From Malacoraja senta (lineage: Eukaryota): a stretch of DNA of 64,000 nucleotides. A program made the position numbers and the translations under genes. Shown here one piece after another: positions 37,101-48,590 of the stretch; positions within the stretch are counted from its first letter, which is position 1, and every line of letters starts with the position of its first letter. Where the stretch lies: assembly GCA_038087875.1 (NCBI GenBank), contig JAXLNO010000076.1:1-64000 (forward strand), written 5' to 3'. The notes under the pieces are model-generated. The model worked only from the letters and a program-made list of their open reading frames with translations. It had not been told where the DNA came from and made no database searches.

Positions 37101-38894
37101 AAGAGACCCAGCTGGTGGGCTCGACGACCGCCTTTAGGACGCCCATTTGTACCATACTGTGTAGGGTCGCCTCCACTTTGTCCCTCATGGCGAAGGAAAT
37201 ACGGTGAGGAGCATGGACCACAGGAACGATCTTATGGTCCACTTCAATCTTGTAGCTGCAGGGTAGTTTGCCTAGCTTATCATCAAAGCGGTCAGGATAC
37301 TCGGCCAGCGGGTCCATAAGAGCCCGCACGTGGTGGATGTCCCGGTGGAAGGACACCAGTCCCATTTCCTGGCATGCCTGGATCCCCAGCAGGGGAACGC
37401 AACTTCGATTGAGGAGAAAGAAGGTGAGGGGCCGAGTGGCCTTCAGTATCTTACAGTGTAGTGTGGCCTTGCCCACAGGAGTAAGGATCTCCCCACCGTA
37501 GGCATGCAGGTTTGAGCTCTGAGAAAATATCTTCTCATTAGTCCTTATCTGGTTGAAAAGAGATGTTGACATAACATTGGTAACCGCCCCAGTGTCGATT
37601 TTGGCCGTGAAGGTCGAGTTGTTCACAGTGACTTGCACAGAAGGATCCGTTATCATAGCAGGTGCGTTCACCACGGTAAACAAGCTGGTTTCTGCCTGAG
37701 AGGAGTTGGATGTAGGAACAGAATGTTCATCGGAATAGGGCTGGGAGCTGAGATCATTATCCGACTGTAGAAGGTTGTTTAAATTTTGCCTTCGAGCAGC
37801 GACAGGCTTCCCACGGGAACGACAGGCTGCAGCAAAATGGTTCAACTTATTACAGGAGTTGCAGTACTTTCCCAGCGCAGGGCACACATTGAACTGATGA
37901 GATGTGAAGTTGCAATTAGGGCACCTTTGCTGGGTGTCTCCCCTTGTGGCACCACCGAACCCCGGGGCGCGTCCCCCTCGAGCAGCGAGCGACACCGGGG
38001 GTCGCGACTGGGGTGCGTTCATGGGATAGCTAGGAGTGCTGGCAAAGTTGATCGCCTGTTCAGCCGGCGGCGCCGCCGCGGAAACAGCGTCGGCTAAGCG
38101 AGTAGCGTGCATTGCATCGGCCAAGGTCAGATCCGGCTTGCGAAGTAGTTCGGACCTGAGCTTCTCATCACGGAGACCGTAAACCAGTAGGTCCCTGATG
38201 ACATTATCGGGGGTCCACGTCTCGAGGCGGCAGCGCCTGCCCAGGTCCCGCAGCGCAATGACATAGTTCTCAGCCGATTCCCCAGGGAGCTGACGCCGCG
38301 CGAACAGTTTAAAACGTTCTAAAATGCAATTAGTAGGAATGTCACAAATAGCGTCAAACTTAGCCAACAGACATGCCGGGTCCCGAGCTGATTCTCCAGG
38401 AGCGTAGACGAAGAAGTCCGAGCGTGTCAAGGCGTTGGGACCAGCCAAGTTGAGAAGCAGCGAGGCTTTGAGAGCGTCGGTGGCGCCAGGATGGGCAATC
38501 GTGAAATAGTGTTCAAAGTCGCGTTTGAATATGTCCCATCGAAGGGCGATGTCGAAATCGAAAACGAGCGCATCGGGCTTACGGGCAGAAGAGGCCATAA
38601 CAAAAACAGTTAGGGGGGGAAACAAAAAACTGGGTCAAAATTAAATGATAAACCGATAAACGGGAGGCGCAAGGTACGTTATTTGACACCATGTAAAGGA
38701 TTGATATCGAGACATCGTTACTTTACTATCTTTATTCATACTGGACATTATACATTGCACTAGCTGTACGTGGTCTGTCACAGGAACTAGAGGGCGATCT
38801 GTGGGTGTGGAGGTTGTAGTTATACTTGTGATATGGGGAGTGGTTAGTAGGTGTGAGGTCACTATGTTAAAGGCACATGCATATCTCATCTACA
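34154..38894 (-). mobile_element. Intact Ty3/Gypsy (Mag-like) LTR retrotransposon
   Basis: 203-bp TG...CA LTRs at 34154-34356 and 38692-38894, one visible mismatch. 5-bp TSD GCTAC. PBS starting TGGTGTCA next to the 5' LTR, and PPT GGGGAGGAAGGA next to the 3' LTR. Confidence 0.97.
34426..38598 (-). CDS. Gag-Pol polyprotein (single ORF; first ATG at 38598, MASSARKP...)
   Basis: Two CCHC knuckles, protease 'KIDTGA', RT 'VLDAKSSFWQ...RMPFG...IVDDIL', RNase H 'TCDAS...YAQIEKE...ETDH', integrase 'HRGH...CSTC', 'TDIF...SDNG...GLAER', Pro-rich tail. Domain order PR-RT-RH-IN. Confidence 0.96.
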   Translation of the reverse strand: MASSARKPDALVFDFDIALRWDIFKRDFEHYFTIAHPGATDALKASLLLNLAGPNALTRSDFFVYAPGESARDPACLLAKFDAICDIPTNCILERFKLFARRQLPGESAENYVIALRDLGRRCRLETWTPDNVIRDLLVYGLRDEKLRSELLRKPDLTLADAMHATRLADAVSAAAPPAEQAINFASTPSYPMNAPQSRPPVSLAARGGRAPGFGGATRGDTQQRCPNCNFTSHQFNVCPALGKYCNSCNKLNHFAAACRSRGKPVAARRQNLNNLLQSDNDLSSQPYSDEHSVPTSNSSQAETSLFTVVNAPAMITDPSVQVTVNNSTFTAKIDTGAVTNVMSTSLFNQIRTNEKIFSQSSNLHAYGGEILTPVGKATLHCKILKATRPLTFFLLNRSCVPLLGIQACQEMGLVSFHRDIHHVRALMDPLAEYPDRFDDKLGKLPCSYKIEVDHKIVPVVHAPHRISFAMRDKVEATLHSMVQMGVLKAVVEPTSWVSSMVVAAKKDMSEIRICINPRDLNLAIRRPHYPMRTVEDVAARVGPATVFSVLDAKSSFWQIPLDERSSILTTFATPYGRFRFLRMPFGINSASEVFQRTMEQLFSDLPCAIIVDDILVYGKDVAEHDVNLRLILDRARQINLKLNPKKCRFRVSEVTYVGHVFTAEGLKPDPQKTTAISGMPPPTNVAGLQRFLGLVNYLGKFIPDLSELSAPLRDLIKKDTSWLWLPNHQKAFDILKSKLISTPTLKFFDLRHPIVLTCDASQFGLGAACLQVHDGLQMPVSFASRTMTATEQHYAQIEKELLAVLFACSKFRDYIVGNTFTVETDHQPLVTILNKPIHVASSRLQRMLLQLQRFTFTVVYRKGKDMFVADTLSRAPLTSTARHQYETSELLVLRLNFVPSPQMKSLVEHTTNDPALQQLSAVIRQGWPDRRSALPAGAVPYFLIRDELVLHDGVVVKGHKVVVPAALHDHYFQVAHRGHTGAEATLSLAKAQFYWPDMAKYIRERVSSCSTCNSRAPHQQRQPLLQQPAPGLPWMALATDIFEWRGKHFLVLVDFYSSWFAVDRLPSVTSSAVIDRLDPHFSTFGPPASLQSDNGSQFTSSEFKAFASRWNFRHFTSSPEYPQSNGLAERAVRSAKHLLEQCGGINSDFHLALLSLRNISRDPAMGSPAQRLLSRATRLPLPVAQRSLIPSVLPPAAVQKRIAFRQDVQKRSHDRSCHPLPPLFPGQVVRMQTTPGHSKLATVVGSAGSPRSYFVDYAGTIYRRSRQHLRLVHEPRPPPADPFAPPLPVSRPAVALPVIPCMPRSAPPSPPPLQHTPTSPRTPPRALPGPGPASPPISVPRSLPFPPVSPFQVRLSPLVPLPPPGRVDGETRTRAGRLVKPPDRYGDVA

Positions 38895-39589
38895 GCTACC
38901 TATCCCAGAGATGATGGCAATGATGTTTCCAACGAACTGGCAACTCCACTAACTGAGCAGAAATTTAAACATGTGTTGAGTGAGACTTCAACTACTTCAC
39001 CCTACTGAGCAGCCTGATAACCTCAATCACAGATGTTGAGGCAGTGCTTCCCTGGTCAATATGACCCATATGGCCAGCTAGTTCCAAGATGGTCTTCCCT
39101 GAACCAGGGTAACCAAGCTGTTCCTATTTGGAACTTACAGAGGTTACTATGCAAGGCACCCTGCCAATGTCTCTGCATCAACCTGATCTTTCCCAGAGAC
39201 AGTGAAAAGATACTAGACAGCCCATGCTGCCAGTAAACCCAAACCTGGGCCGACAGACTGCTCCATTTCAGAGTTTTACGGAGGTTAATAAAGAGACCTT
39301 ACCTGCCAGCGTCTCTGAACCCGGGTCGACCTGCTTGTTGGAGCTTCAGCAAAGTTCCATTTGCAGACCCTGTCTGACCACATCTTCAGCCCCATGCTTG
39401 CCATTCCTTCAGCTGGTGTGATGTTAGGTAGCTGATGCTTCTGGCCAACTCCTCTTGTAGTGGCTTGCCTGTCCCCGAGGGAACAGCAAATTTAGAGGCA
39501 ACAGCTTTTCCTTATGCGACTCTCGTACATCATGCATTAAAGCATGGGATTCAGGCACATACTCATGTTTGGAGTCAGCTCCATAGTGA

Positions 39590-40810
39590 TCTCCGACACT
39601 CCCCTCGACAGAGTGGGAGAAATACTGCAACCCTGAACCAGGTGTTGCCACAGGCTTTTGACTCGAACTGCCTGTGCATGCCTCCATAACATGGAGTATA
39701 TTTTGTGCCACTATCTCCGACACTCTCTTCATCCGAGTGGGAGGAATATTGCAACCCTGAACCAGGTGTTGCCATAGGCATATGACTCAAACTGCCTGTG
39801 CATGCATCCGTAACACGGAGCATATTTTTGGCACCATCTCCGACACTCCCTTCATCTGAGTGGGAGGAATATTGCAACCCTGAACCAGGTGTTGCCACAG
39901 GCTTATGACTCGGACTGCCTGTGCATGCCTCCGTAACACGGAGCATATTTTGTGCCACCATCTGATCCATCAGATGTTCCAATTGAGACAAACGACCAAT
40001 CATATCTGCCATAGATGTGGGGACAGAATCCTCTTGTCCCGAATCGTCCAACAGAACTTGTCTCACAGACTTGGCTTTGGCTTTGCCTCGACTCGGGGTT
40101 GCCAAGCTGCTCCCTCTAGAAGCCGAATCAGAACTAGCTGTGCAGACCGGCGCTGCCAGCGACTCCGAAGTGGAAACGGATGGCCGTCGGCTTTCCACAC
40201 TGCCGCGGTCCTCTGCTGTCGGTATAAATCATCATTATTTATTGTACTTACCAGACAGGTTGCGCCTGCTAGTGACTCCGAGTCCTTGCTCCCTTCTGGA
40301 GCCTCAATGGAGTATTTCATGGGAGGAAATAGAGCGCAACCCTGAACCAGGTGTTGCTTCCTCAGGCATCTGGCCCCCATATGACCCGGTCGATCCGGCG
40401 TCATAATTGGAGTCACCTCTTTCCGATACTCCCTTAGACATAGTGGGAGAAATACTGCAACCCTGCCAGGTGTTGTCACAGGCAAATGGCTGGAGCCGCC
40501 TGTTAATGACTCCGGTACACGGAGCATAGTTTGTTCACATGATTAAAAAGAAGCATATCCCCATTAGGTCAGAGATTCGACTGCTTTTTCGATATCCACA
40601 TAGTTGGAGTCTCTTATGAAAGAATCTCCAACAGTCCCCTCTACTGAGCGGAAATTATCATGACGCAACCCTGAACCAGGTGTTGCTCCACAGATGTCTG
40701 ATAGACATAGCTCAAAAAAGGCTTCCCAAGACAGGAGCTCCTTTCTGGAGCCTCAATGGAGTTATTAGGGGAGGAAATAGAATGCAACCCTGAACCAGGC
40801 GTTGCCTCCT
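39590..40810. repeat. Seven dispersed or tandem copies of the hairpin motif GCAACCCTGAACCAGGTGTTGC in the DIRS 5' region
   Basis: Copies start at 39627, 39751, 39874 (123-124 bp period), 40336, 40457 (variant), 40665 and 40784. Confidence 0.85.
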
Positions 40811-42484
40811 CAGGCCTCTGGCTGACTCCCTTTCGGAGCATTAATCTGTACAGGCATTGCCCGTAAGATGCTCCGAACAGCCGCCTGCTCCAGGGGAGCC
40901 CCATTCTGTGCCGCAATGGCAAGTCAAATTTCACTACACCATTTGGTGTATGTGATAATAAATGTCCTTTGTATCCTTTGTATCCTATCTGCTACGACAG
41001 TCACAAACGTGACCGAGCGGCAACCGCTATTAAAATACACTATACGCTGCTCTACAGCTTATGCTGCCTCAGCCGGCAGCATCTATGTTTAAAATTGGTA
41101 GGTGCTACGGCAGCTGAGCTTACCTGGCGGTCACTGTCCTGGCCGTGGCTATTTTTAAACCACCGGCTGCTGCTAATCTTTAGCTGCGATTGCTAACCTA
41201 GCCATGGCTATTTTTAAACTACCGCCTGCTGCTAATCTTTTGCAGCAATCGCTAACCTGGCCACGCCGGCATCCGCCCCGCAAACTCCTTACGGAGCCTC
41301 GACGGCGGACTCCAAATCCGTCCGCCTGCTCCCGTTCGGAATTCCAATGGAGGCAGCCACACAGGCTGCGCCCGTCAGCTACTCCGGGCCCGCTGACCCC
41401 AGCGGCCCGTTCCTGAAGACAAATTTGGCTTACCTGCCAGAGTAGTTTCGAACTGCTCCGATTCCCGCACCATGCGTCGACGTATTGACGCGCATGCGGG
41501 CTGGCGGGCTCTTCATGTAGTCACTCACGTGACTTCGATATAAAACTGCAAATGCTGGTTTAAACCGAAGATAGACACTAAAAGCTGGAGTAACTCAATG
41601 GGACAGGCAGCATCTCTGGAGAAAAGGAATGGGTGATATTTCAGGTCTGAAGAAGGGTTTCGACCCAAAATGTCGCCCATTCATTCTCTCCAGAGATGCT
41701 GCCTGTCCCGCTGAGTTACTTCAGCATTTTGTGTTTACTGTATCTTTAGTTTGACATCATGTTAAGTTCAGTTTAACTTGGCATGTTTGGCACAATCATT
41801 GTGGGCCGAAGGGCCCGTTCCTGTGCTGTACTGTTCTCTGTTCTGTTTTTCATCCATGAAAACCAAATTGCATATCTGAACTCATCCCACTTGCCCGTGC
41901 TTGTCCTTTATTCCTGCAAACCTTTCCACGTGCCTGTCTAAATATCTTTAAGTATCTTAAATGTCATAATTGTACCCACCTCTACCACTTCCTCTGGCAG
42001 TTCGTTCATGCATGCACCATCCTCTATGTGGGAAAATCTTTTAAATATTTCCCCTCTTATCTTAAACCTATCTCTCGTTTTAAAATCCCCGACCCTGGGG
42101 AAAACCCCCCAGCTATTCACCTGGTCTATGCCCCTCGATTTTATAAAGCTTCTATGAGGTCGCTACTCAGCCTCCTATGCTCCATGGTCAAAAAACCCAA
42201 CCTATTTTTATTGTATTCTTTATAATTCAAACCTTCGAGACCCATAACATTCTTTTTAATCTCTTTTTGCACTCTTACCAGTTTAATGACATCCTTCCCA
42301 TAGCAGGATGACCAGATCTGTACATAGTACTCCAAATGTGGCCTTAACAATATCTTATACAGATGTAATATTACACCCATACTCAATACCCTGATGAAGG
42401 CAAGCGACCAAACGCCTTCTTCACCACCCTGTCTTCCTGAGTCGCCATCTTCATGGAACTGCATGTATTTACTTGCACTGCTAA

Positions 42485-42982
42485 AGGGCCTGTCCCACGG
42501 GCATTTGACTTCAAGCGGCAAGCGCGACCTAACCGGAAGCGGGGGCCGTGCGGGGGCCGCACGGAGGTCGCGGGGCCGGTCCCACTTAGATCGCCGGAGC
42601 CGTATGGAGTTGTGCGGAGCTGGTCCCGACATTGCGCGGGGCTCCGAAAAACTGACACTGTTCAAAAATTCCGCGCGGCAACGGCCTGCCGCCCCGCAGC
42701 CGCATCGAGGCTGTGCGCGCCACATTGACGGCCGTGCGCAGTGCCTCGACGCTGTACGCAGCCGCCTCGAGGCCGTGCACACCGCCTCAACGGCCGTGCG
42801 CACCGCCTCGACGCCGTACGCACCATCTTAACATCACTCAACCTCCGCGCGGCCCCCGCTTCCAGTTTGGTAGCGCTTGCCGCATGCTGGTGGGACTGGC
42901 CCTGTACGGGGTTCACTCGACCTCCGCGCGGCCCCCGCTTCCGGTTAGGTCGCGCTTGCCGCATGCCCGTGGGACAGGCCCT
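42485..42982. mobile_element. Young GC-rich PIF/Harbinger-type MITE inserted in a CR1 fragment
   Basis: Perfect terminal AGGGCCTGTCCCACGGGCAT / ATGCCCGTGGGACAGGCCCT plus a subterminal IR. TAA TSD at 42482-84 and 42983-85. Confidence 0.93.
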
Positions 42983-45900
42983 TAAGTCTCTGTTCTACAG
43001 CACTTACAAAGGCCCTACCCTTTAATATATAAGCATTGCCCTGGTCTGTCATTCCACAATGCAATATTTTGCATTTACCTGAATTGAACTCCATCGACAT
43101 TCCAGGCCCTGTCATCATTAAGCATGAGTATCTTCTTGGAGCCTTCCCTTTTAGTTATCTGTTAAACAGACTATCCTATTTTGCTGAATACCATTCAATA
43201 CACAGGAGATGTCTTCAATATGAAGAAAGCACCCTTCAGTGGTCACTTGTAACAATTACATGGATATTTTTATTTTCCATACTTTGGTGAGCATGACAAC
43301 AAGTTGATTTATCCTTTTGGGATCCCATATGTTCATGGACTTCACATTGGCAATTTTTTTGTTTTTAATTTAGCTTAGAGATACTGCACAGAAACAGGCC
43401 CATTGGCCCACTGAGTCCATACTGACCATTGGTCACCTAACATATAGGGGCGGCACAATAGCACAGCGGTAGTGTTGCTGCCTTGCAGCGCCAGAGACTC
43501 GGGTTCGATCCTGTCTATGGGTGCTGTTTGTACAGAGTATGTATCTTCTCCCTGTGACCACGTGGGTTTTCTCCGGGTACTCCGGTTTCCTCCCCCACTC
43601 CAAAGACATGCAGGTTTGTAGGTTAATAGAAGCACTTTGGAACATCCACAGGCAATGAAATTGCCTACAATTTAGGTTCTGAATTCTGTAAATTGTCCCT
43701 AGTGTGTAGGGACAATTTACTAGTGTATGAGGATCGCTGGTCGGCGCGGATTCGGTGGGCCGAAAGTCCTGTATCCATGTTGTAGCTCTAAAGTAAACTA
43801 AACTCGTTCACACTAGTTCCATGTTATCCCATTTTTGCATCCGCTGAAACGTCACCATGTCATTTCAATATTATGCTTGCTTCCAGAATATATTGTTGCA
43901 TTGATTCTTATGCAGGGAAATGCAGGAATATCTATAGTTTGTAAAATAACCATCTTCCTTTTGATCTTGATTCAGAAATAGTGTTGCAGAGAAAGTACCT
44001 AAGATTACAGCAGTAATGCTAGTCTAACATCAGGAGGAGCTGTGTGATTGTGCTATTAAACCATGAAAATACCTGCATTAATAATTCCGTCTCTCAAATG
44101 CATTTTGCTTATCCCCTTCCTCTGTACTCCATTAATTTGCCAATACCTGTCATCTTTTATTATTTTCATTTCTTAATGTAATCTAACTAAGTAGATTTTT
44201 CTTTTTTTTTGTATTTTGGTTTTATTCTCGTCATTTTCCTTTCTCCACATCCTGCTTTTTACTTTGGGCTGAGAAATATTGTTAATGTTGGATTCTTTTT
44301 GGCATCAGCTGGGTGAGTTTTATCAGCTGTTCTTTGAATAGAGCACTGAACCAGTTCACTCATCAAAAATCCAAGGCTGAGGCTCTGCCGTGAAGGACCG
44401 TAAGCTTTGTTTAGAAGACGGCGTTTCCATGAAGCGAATCAAGGCTAACCTTGAAGACTGAAGGGGTTACATGAACGCACTGCGCCCTGAAGGCTGTTTA
44501 CACAGACTGAATGCATGAGACCGCTGATGCCAGAATCTGGAGCAAAAACAAAATGCTTGAGGGTTTCAGTGGGCCAGGCGGCGTCTGTGGAGGCAAAGTG
44601 CAAGTTGCCATTTCAGGTTGAGGCTCTGCATCAGTTTAGTTTAGTTTAGTTTAGTTTATTGTCATGTGTACAGAGGTACAGTGAAAAAGCTTTTTGTTAC
44701 GTGCTAACTAGTCAGTGGAAAGACTGGACATTATTACAATTTTGCCAAATTGAATTTTGGTCCATGATCCATCAATTGTTATCAGGACAGCACCATTGTA
44801 AGGTTAATGACACTTTGTCTTTTTTTGTAAACCAGCATCTGTGGTTCCTTGTTTCTACAGCATCTTTGCTACTTTGACTGCATACAATTTCATAGTGGTG
44901 ATGTGTCTTTCTCTAAATGGTGGCTTCATTAATAGCAGGGGTTCCCCTGACACCATGGCTGCCCAATAAAACACAGGTAGAAATAATTTGGGATATTCTG
45001 AGGTTGCAAATGGTAACAGATATCAGTTTTATTATAAATTAGCATTTAATTTTAGTTTAGATATACTGCATGGAAACAAGCCCTTCAGCCAGAGTCTACG
45101 CTGACCAGCAATCACTCCATACTCTATCCTACACACTAGGGACAATTTACAGAAGCCCGTTGATTCAGTTGCCTGATATCAGTTGGGAAGGAACTGATCC
45201 TGAATCTGGACATATGCGTTTTCAAACATCTGTATCTCTTGCTTGATGGGAGAGAGGAGAAGATGGAGTGACCGGGGTGAGAATGGTCCTTTGATTATGC
45301 TGGTGGCCTTGCTGAGGCAGCGTGAAGTGTATATGGAGTCAATGGAAGGGAGGTTGGTTTGCATGATGGTCTGGGCTATATCTCTGCAATTTCTTGCATT
45401 CTTGGATGGAGCTGTTCCCAAACCATGCAATAAAATGCTTTAGTTGGGGAGACTTATTGGTATCTTGATGAGTATCCATCCCTCAACAAACTCTGAAAGA
45501 TCCATGCCAATGAGCTTTAATCAGAAACAAGTGACCAGAAATTTTAATAGTTTATTTTTCTACTGTTGCTACTTGGGCTACTGAGTTTTTATTTCAGGGT
45601 CCTAGCATGCAGCTATTTGGCTGTGATGTCTCATAACAGAATTTTAGACTTTCGACAAGAGATATAGTGTGAAAACAGGCCCTCCGGCCCACTGTGTCTG
45701 CGCCGACCAACGATCCCCATACACTAGCACTATCCTACACACTAGGGACAATTTACAATTTTACCGAAGCCAATTAACCTACAAACCTGTACGTCTTTGG
45801 AGTGTGGGAGGAAACCAGAGCACCCGGAGAAAACCCACGTGGTCACAGGGAGAACATAAAACTCCGTACAGACGGCACCTGTAGTCAGGATCGAACCCTG

Positions 45901-46579
45901 GTCTCTGGCGCTGTTAGGCAGCAACTCCACCGCTGTGCCACCGCCGCCCTTAAAGGAAGATCCATTATTTTGTGAGATCTTGTTGTGTATTCATTTGGTG
46001 CCTCACGTAAAACCCAACAAGGATAAGCAAAAATGTGAGGGTCGATTTATGATGAGAGCTTAGGGAGAACAAGGATGTGAAAGTTGATAAGTCCTTCCTT
46101 TCTTCTGGATGCTCATTGTTGGCCTTGAAGAGAGAATTTGAAAGCAAGCAGATGGATGCTTAGTGAGGGCAGGACAAATTCTGCTTTCTACTGGCCAGCG
46201 ACTATTTGAAACAGCTGCTCTATCTGCTGAAGGCAGTTGCAGTTTGGTCCTTTGCCCTTGCCAGTTACCACGTTCTACTGGTGAGATAGACTGTTTCCTG
46301 AAGCAACAAGCACTCTGCTCAGAGAAACAAGTTAAAACAGCTCCTATCGATACTCTTTAATCTTCAGACTTTAGAGATACAGCGTGGCAACAGGCCCTTT
46401 GGCCCACCGAGTCCACGCCAACAAGCAATCACTCCCTACGCACTAACACCATCCTACACAATAGCGATAATTTATAATTTTCCTCAAAGCCAATTAACCT
46501 ACAAGCATGTACATCTTTGGACTGTGGGAGGAAACCGGAGCACCCGGAGAAAACCCATGTGATCACAGGCAGAACATAT

Positions 46580-46935
46580 AATAATAATAATAATGGATGG
46601 GATTTATATAGCGCCTTTCTAATACTCAAGGCGCTTTACATCGCATTATTCATTCACTCCCCAGTCACACTCGGTGGTGGTGAGCTACTTCTGTAGCCAC
46701 AGCTGCCCTGGGGCAGACTGACGGAAGCGTGGCTGCTAATCTGCGCCTACGGCCCCCTCCGACCACCACCAATCACTCACACACATTCACACACATTCAC
46801 ACACATTCATACGCAGGCAAAGGTGGGTGAAGTGTCTTGCCCAAGGACACAACGACAGTATGCACTCCAAGCGGGATTCGAACCGGCTACCTTCCGGTTG
46901 CCAGCCGAAAACTTAGCCCATTGCGCCATCTGTCA
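46580..46935 (-). mobile_element. Different tRNA-derived SINE with L2-type tail, inserted inside an HE1-type SINE
   Basis: On the minus strand: box A TGGCGCAATGG, box B GGTTCGAATCC, core GTGTCCTTGGGCAAGACACTT, tail TGTAAAGCGCCTTGAG...AAAGGCGCTATATAAAT(TAT)n. Confidence 0.85.
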
Positions 46936-48590
46936 TACTGGACAACTCTGTACAGACCACACCCGTAGTCAGGATTGAACCTGGGTCTCTGGTGTTGTAA
47001 GGCAGCAAATTTACTGCTGTGCCATTGTGTCCCTGAACAGCCCTAATAATTAAGATGAGTTTTAGCAATACAGTATGGAAACAGGCCCTTCGGCACGCTG
47101 ACCAGCGATCCCCGTACACTAGCACTGCCCTACACATGAGGGACAATTTACAATTTTTTACCAAAGCCAATTAACATACAATCCTGTCTCCGCCTCTTCC
47201 TTTCTTCTTCCCACCCCCACATCAGTCTGAAGAAGGTTCTCGACACAAAACGTCGCCTATTTCATTCGCTCCATAGATGCTGTCTCACCCGCTGAGTTTC
47301 TCCAGCATTTTTGTCTACCTTCGATTTTCCAGCATCTGAAGTTCCTTCTTAAACATACAATCCTGTATGTCTTTTAAGTGTGGGAAGAACCCGGAGCACC
47401 TGGGGAAAACCCACGGAGTCACGGGGAGAATGTACAAACTCCATACAGACAGCACTCGTAGTCAGGATCGAACCCGGGCCTCTGGCTGCAACTTTACCAC
47501 TGAGCCACCATGCCGCCCTAACTTTGGTACTCATTGGTAAAACTTCACTATTTCCATTTTTATATTTCCTTGCTCCTGGTGAATAAGATAACAATTATCT
47601 TAAGTCCTGTAGAAAATTAATATGAATCTGGCTGTTTCAGAGCTTAGTTAATGAATGGTTCATTTAAGTATCCTATCAAATTAAACACCATGCCTGTTGT
47701 TACCCATCAAAAACTGGAGGGTAGTTAGATTCAAATAATTAAATAATGGATTAGGATAAAGATCACATGAATATTTATAAATTCATCACATTGACTGTAT
47801 TAAATATCGATATACATATTCTATTCTATGTCAAGAGCTATTATATCAAATAGTTACTATGGTGATGCTATTTTTCAACTCTCTTCACAGTTTCTTCCCA
47901 GTTGTTATCAGGCAACTGAATCATCCTATCACCAACTAAAGCACGATCCTGACCTTCCAGCTACCGCTTTGGAGATCCTCGGACTATCTTTAATCTGACT
48001 TTATAGACTTTATTTTTGCACTAAACTTTACTACCTTCCTCCTGTATCAGTACACTGTGGACGGCTTGATTGTAATCATGTATAGTCTTTCTGCTGACTG
48101 AATAGCACACAACAAAAAAGCTTTTCACTGCACCTCGGTACACGTGACAACAAACTAAACTAAACTAAACTCTGTCCAAGATAAATTTCTTTTTTTTTTT
48201 TTATTTTATTTTTTAGAAGTACGGTAGATTACAGTAATGTACAACACGTATATATTAATACATTTTTTGTACCGCTTCACTTTTTTAAACTTTAAGAAAG
48301 AAAAAGAAAGAAGTAAGAAAAGTGAAGAAAGTGCGCAAAGGTTGTGAAGTGCAAAAGAGTGTTGGGAAAAGAAAGCCCCTTAGAAAAGAAGTTAGAGAAG
48401 GAAGTAAAGTTAGAAAATAGACCCTAGAAAAGAAAGAGAAAGAAAGAAGGAACAATCGCTCTATTATAACTCTTATACCATACTTCATAGAGAAGGAACT
48501 ACCAACCAAGTCTGTTTTTATTTTACCTCCCATTACCAGGTCCAGATACCTTTTATTTATTTATTTGTTTTTCTAAATTACTATTGCACC

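Larger units (their letters stand above)
33230..41545 (-). mobile_element. Second DIRS-type element, 3'-truncated, interrupted by a Gypsy element
   Basis: 41486-41545 is the reverse complement of a terminus nearly matching 3326-3387 (GTCACGTGAGTGACTAC.TGAAGAGCCCG). Degenerate gag/RT-like sequence lies at 38900-41480 and 33230-34150. The left boundary is uncertain. Confidence 0.72.

Noticed and set aside
39590..40810. CRISPR-like array of palindromic repeats
   Set aside because: Spacers are long, irregular and homologous to each other. There are no cas genes, and the context is a eukaryotic DIRS element.
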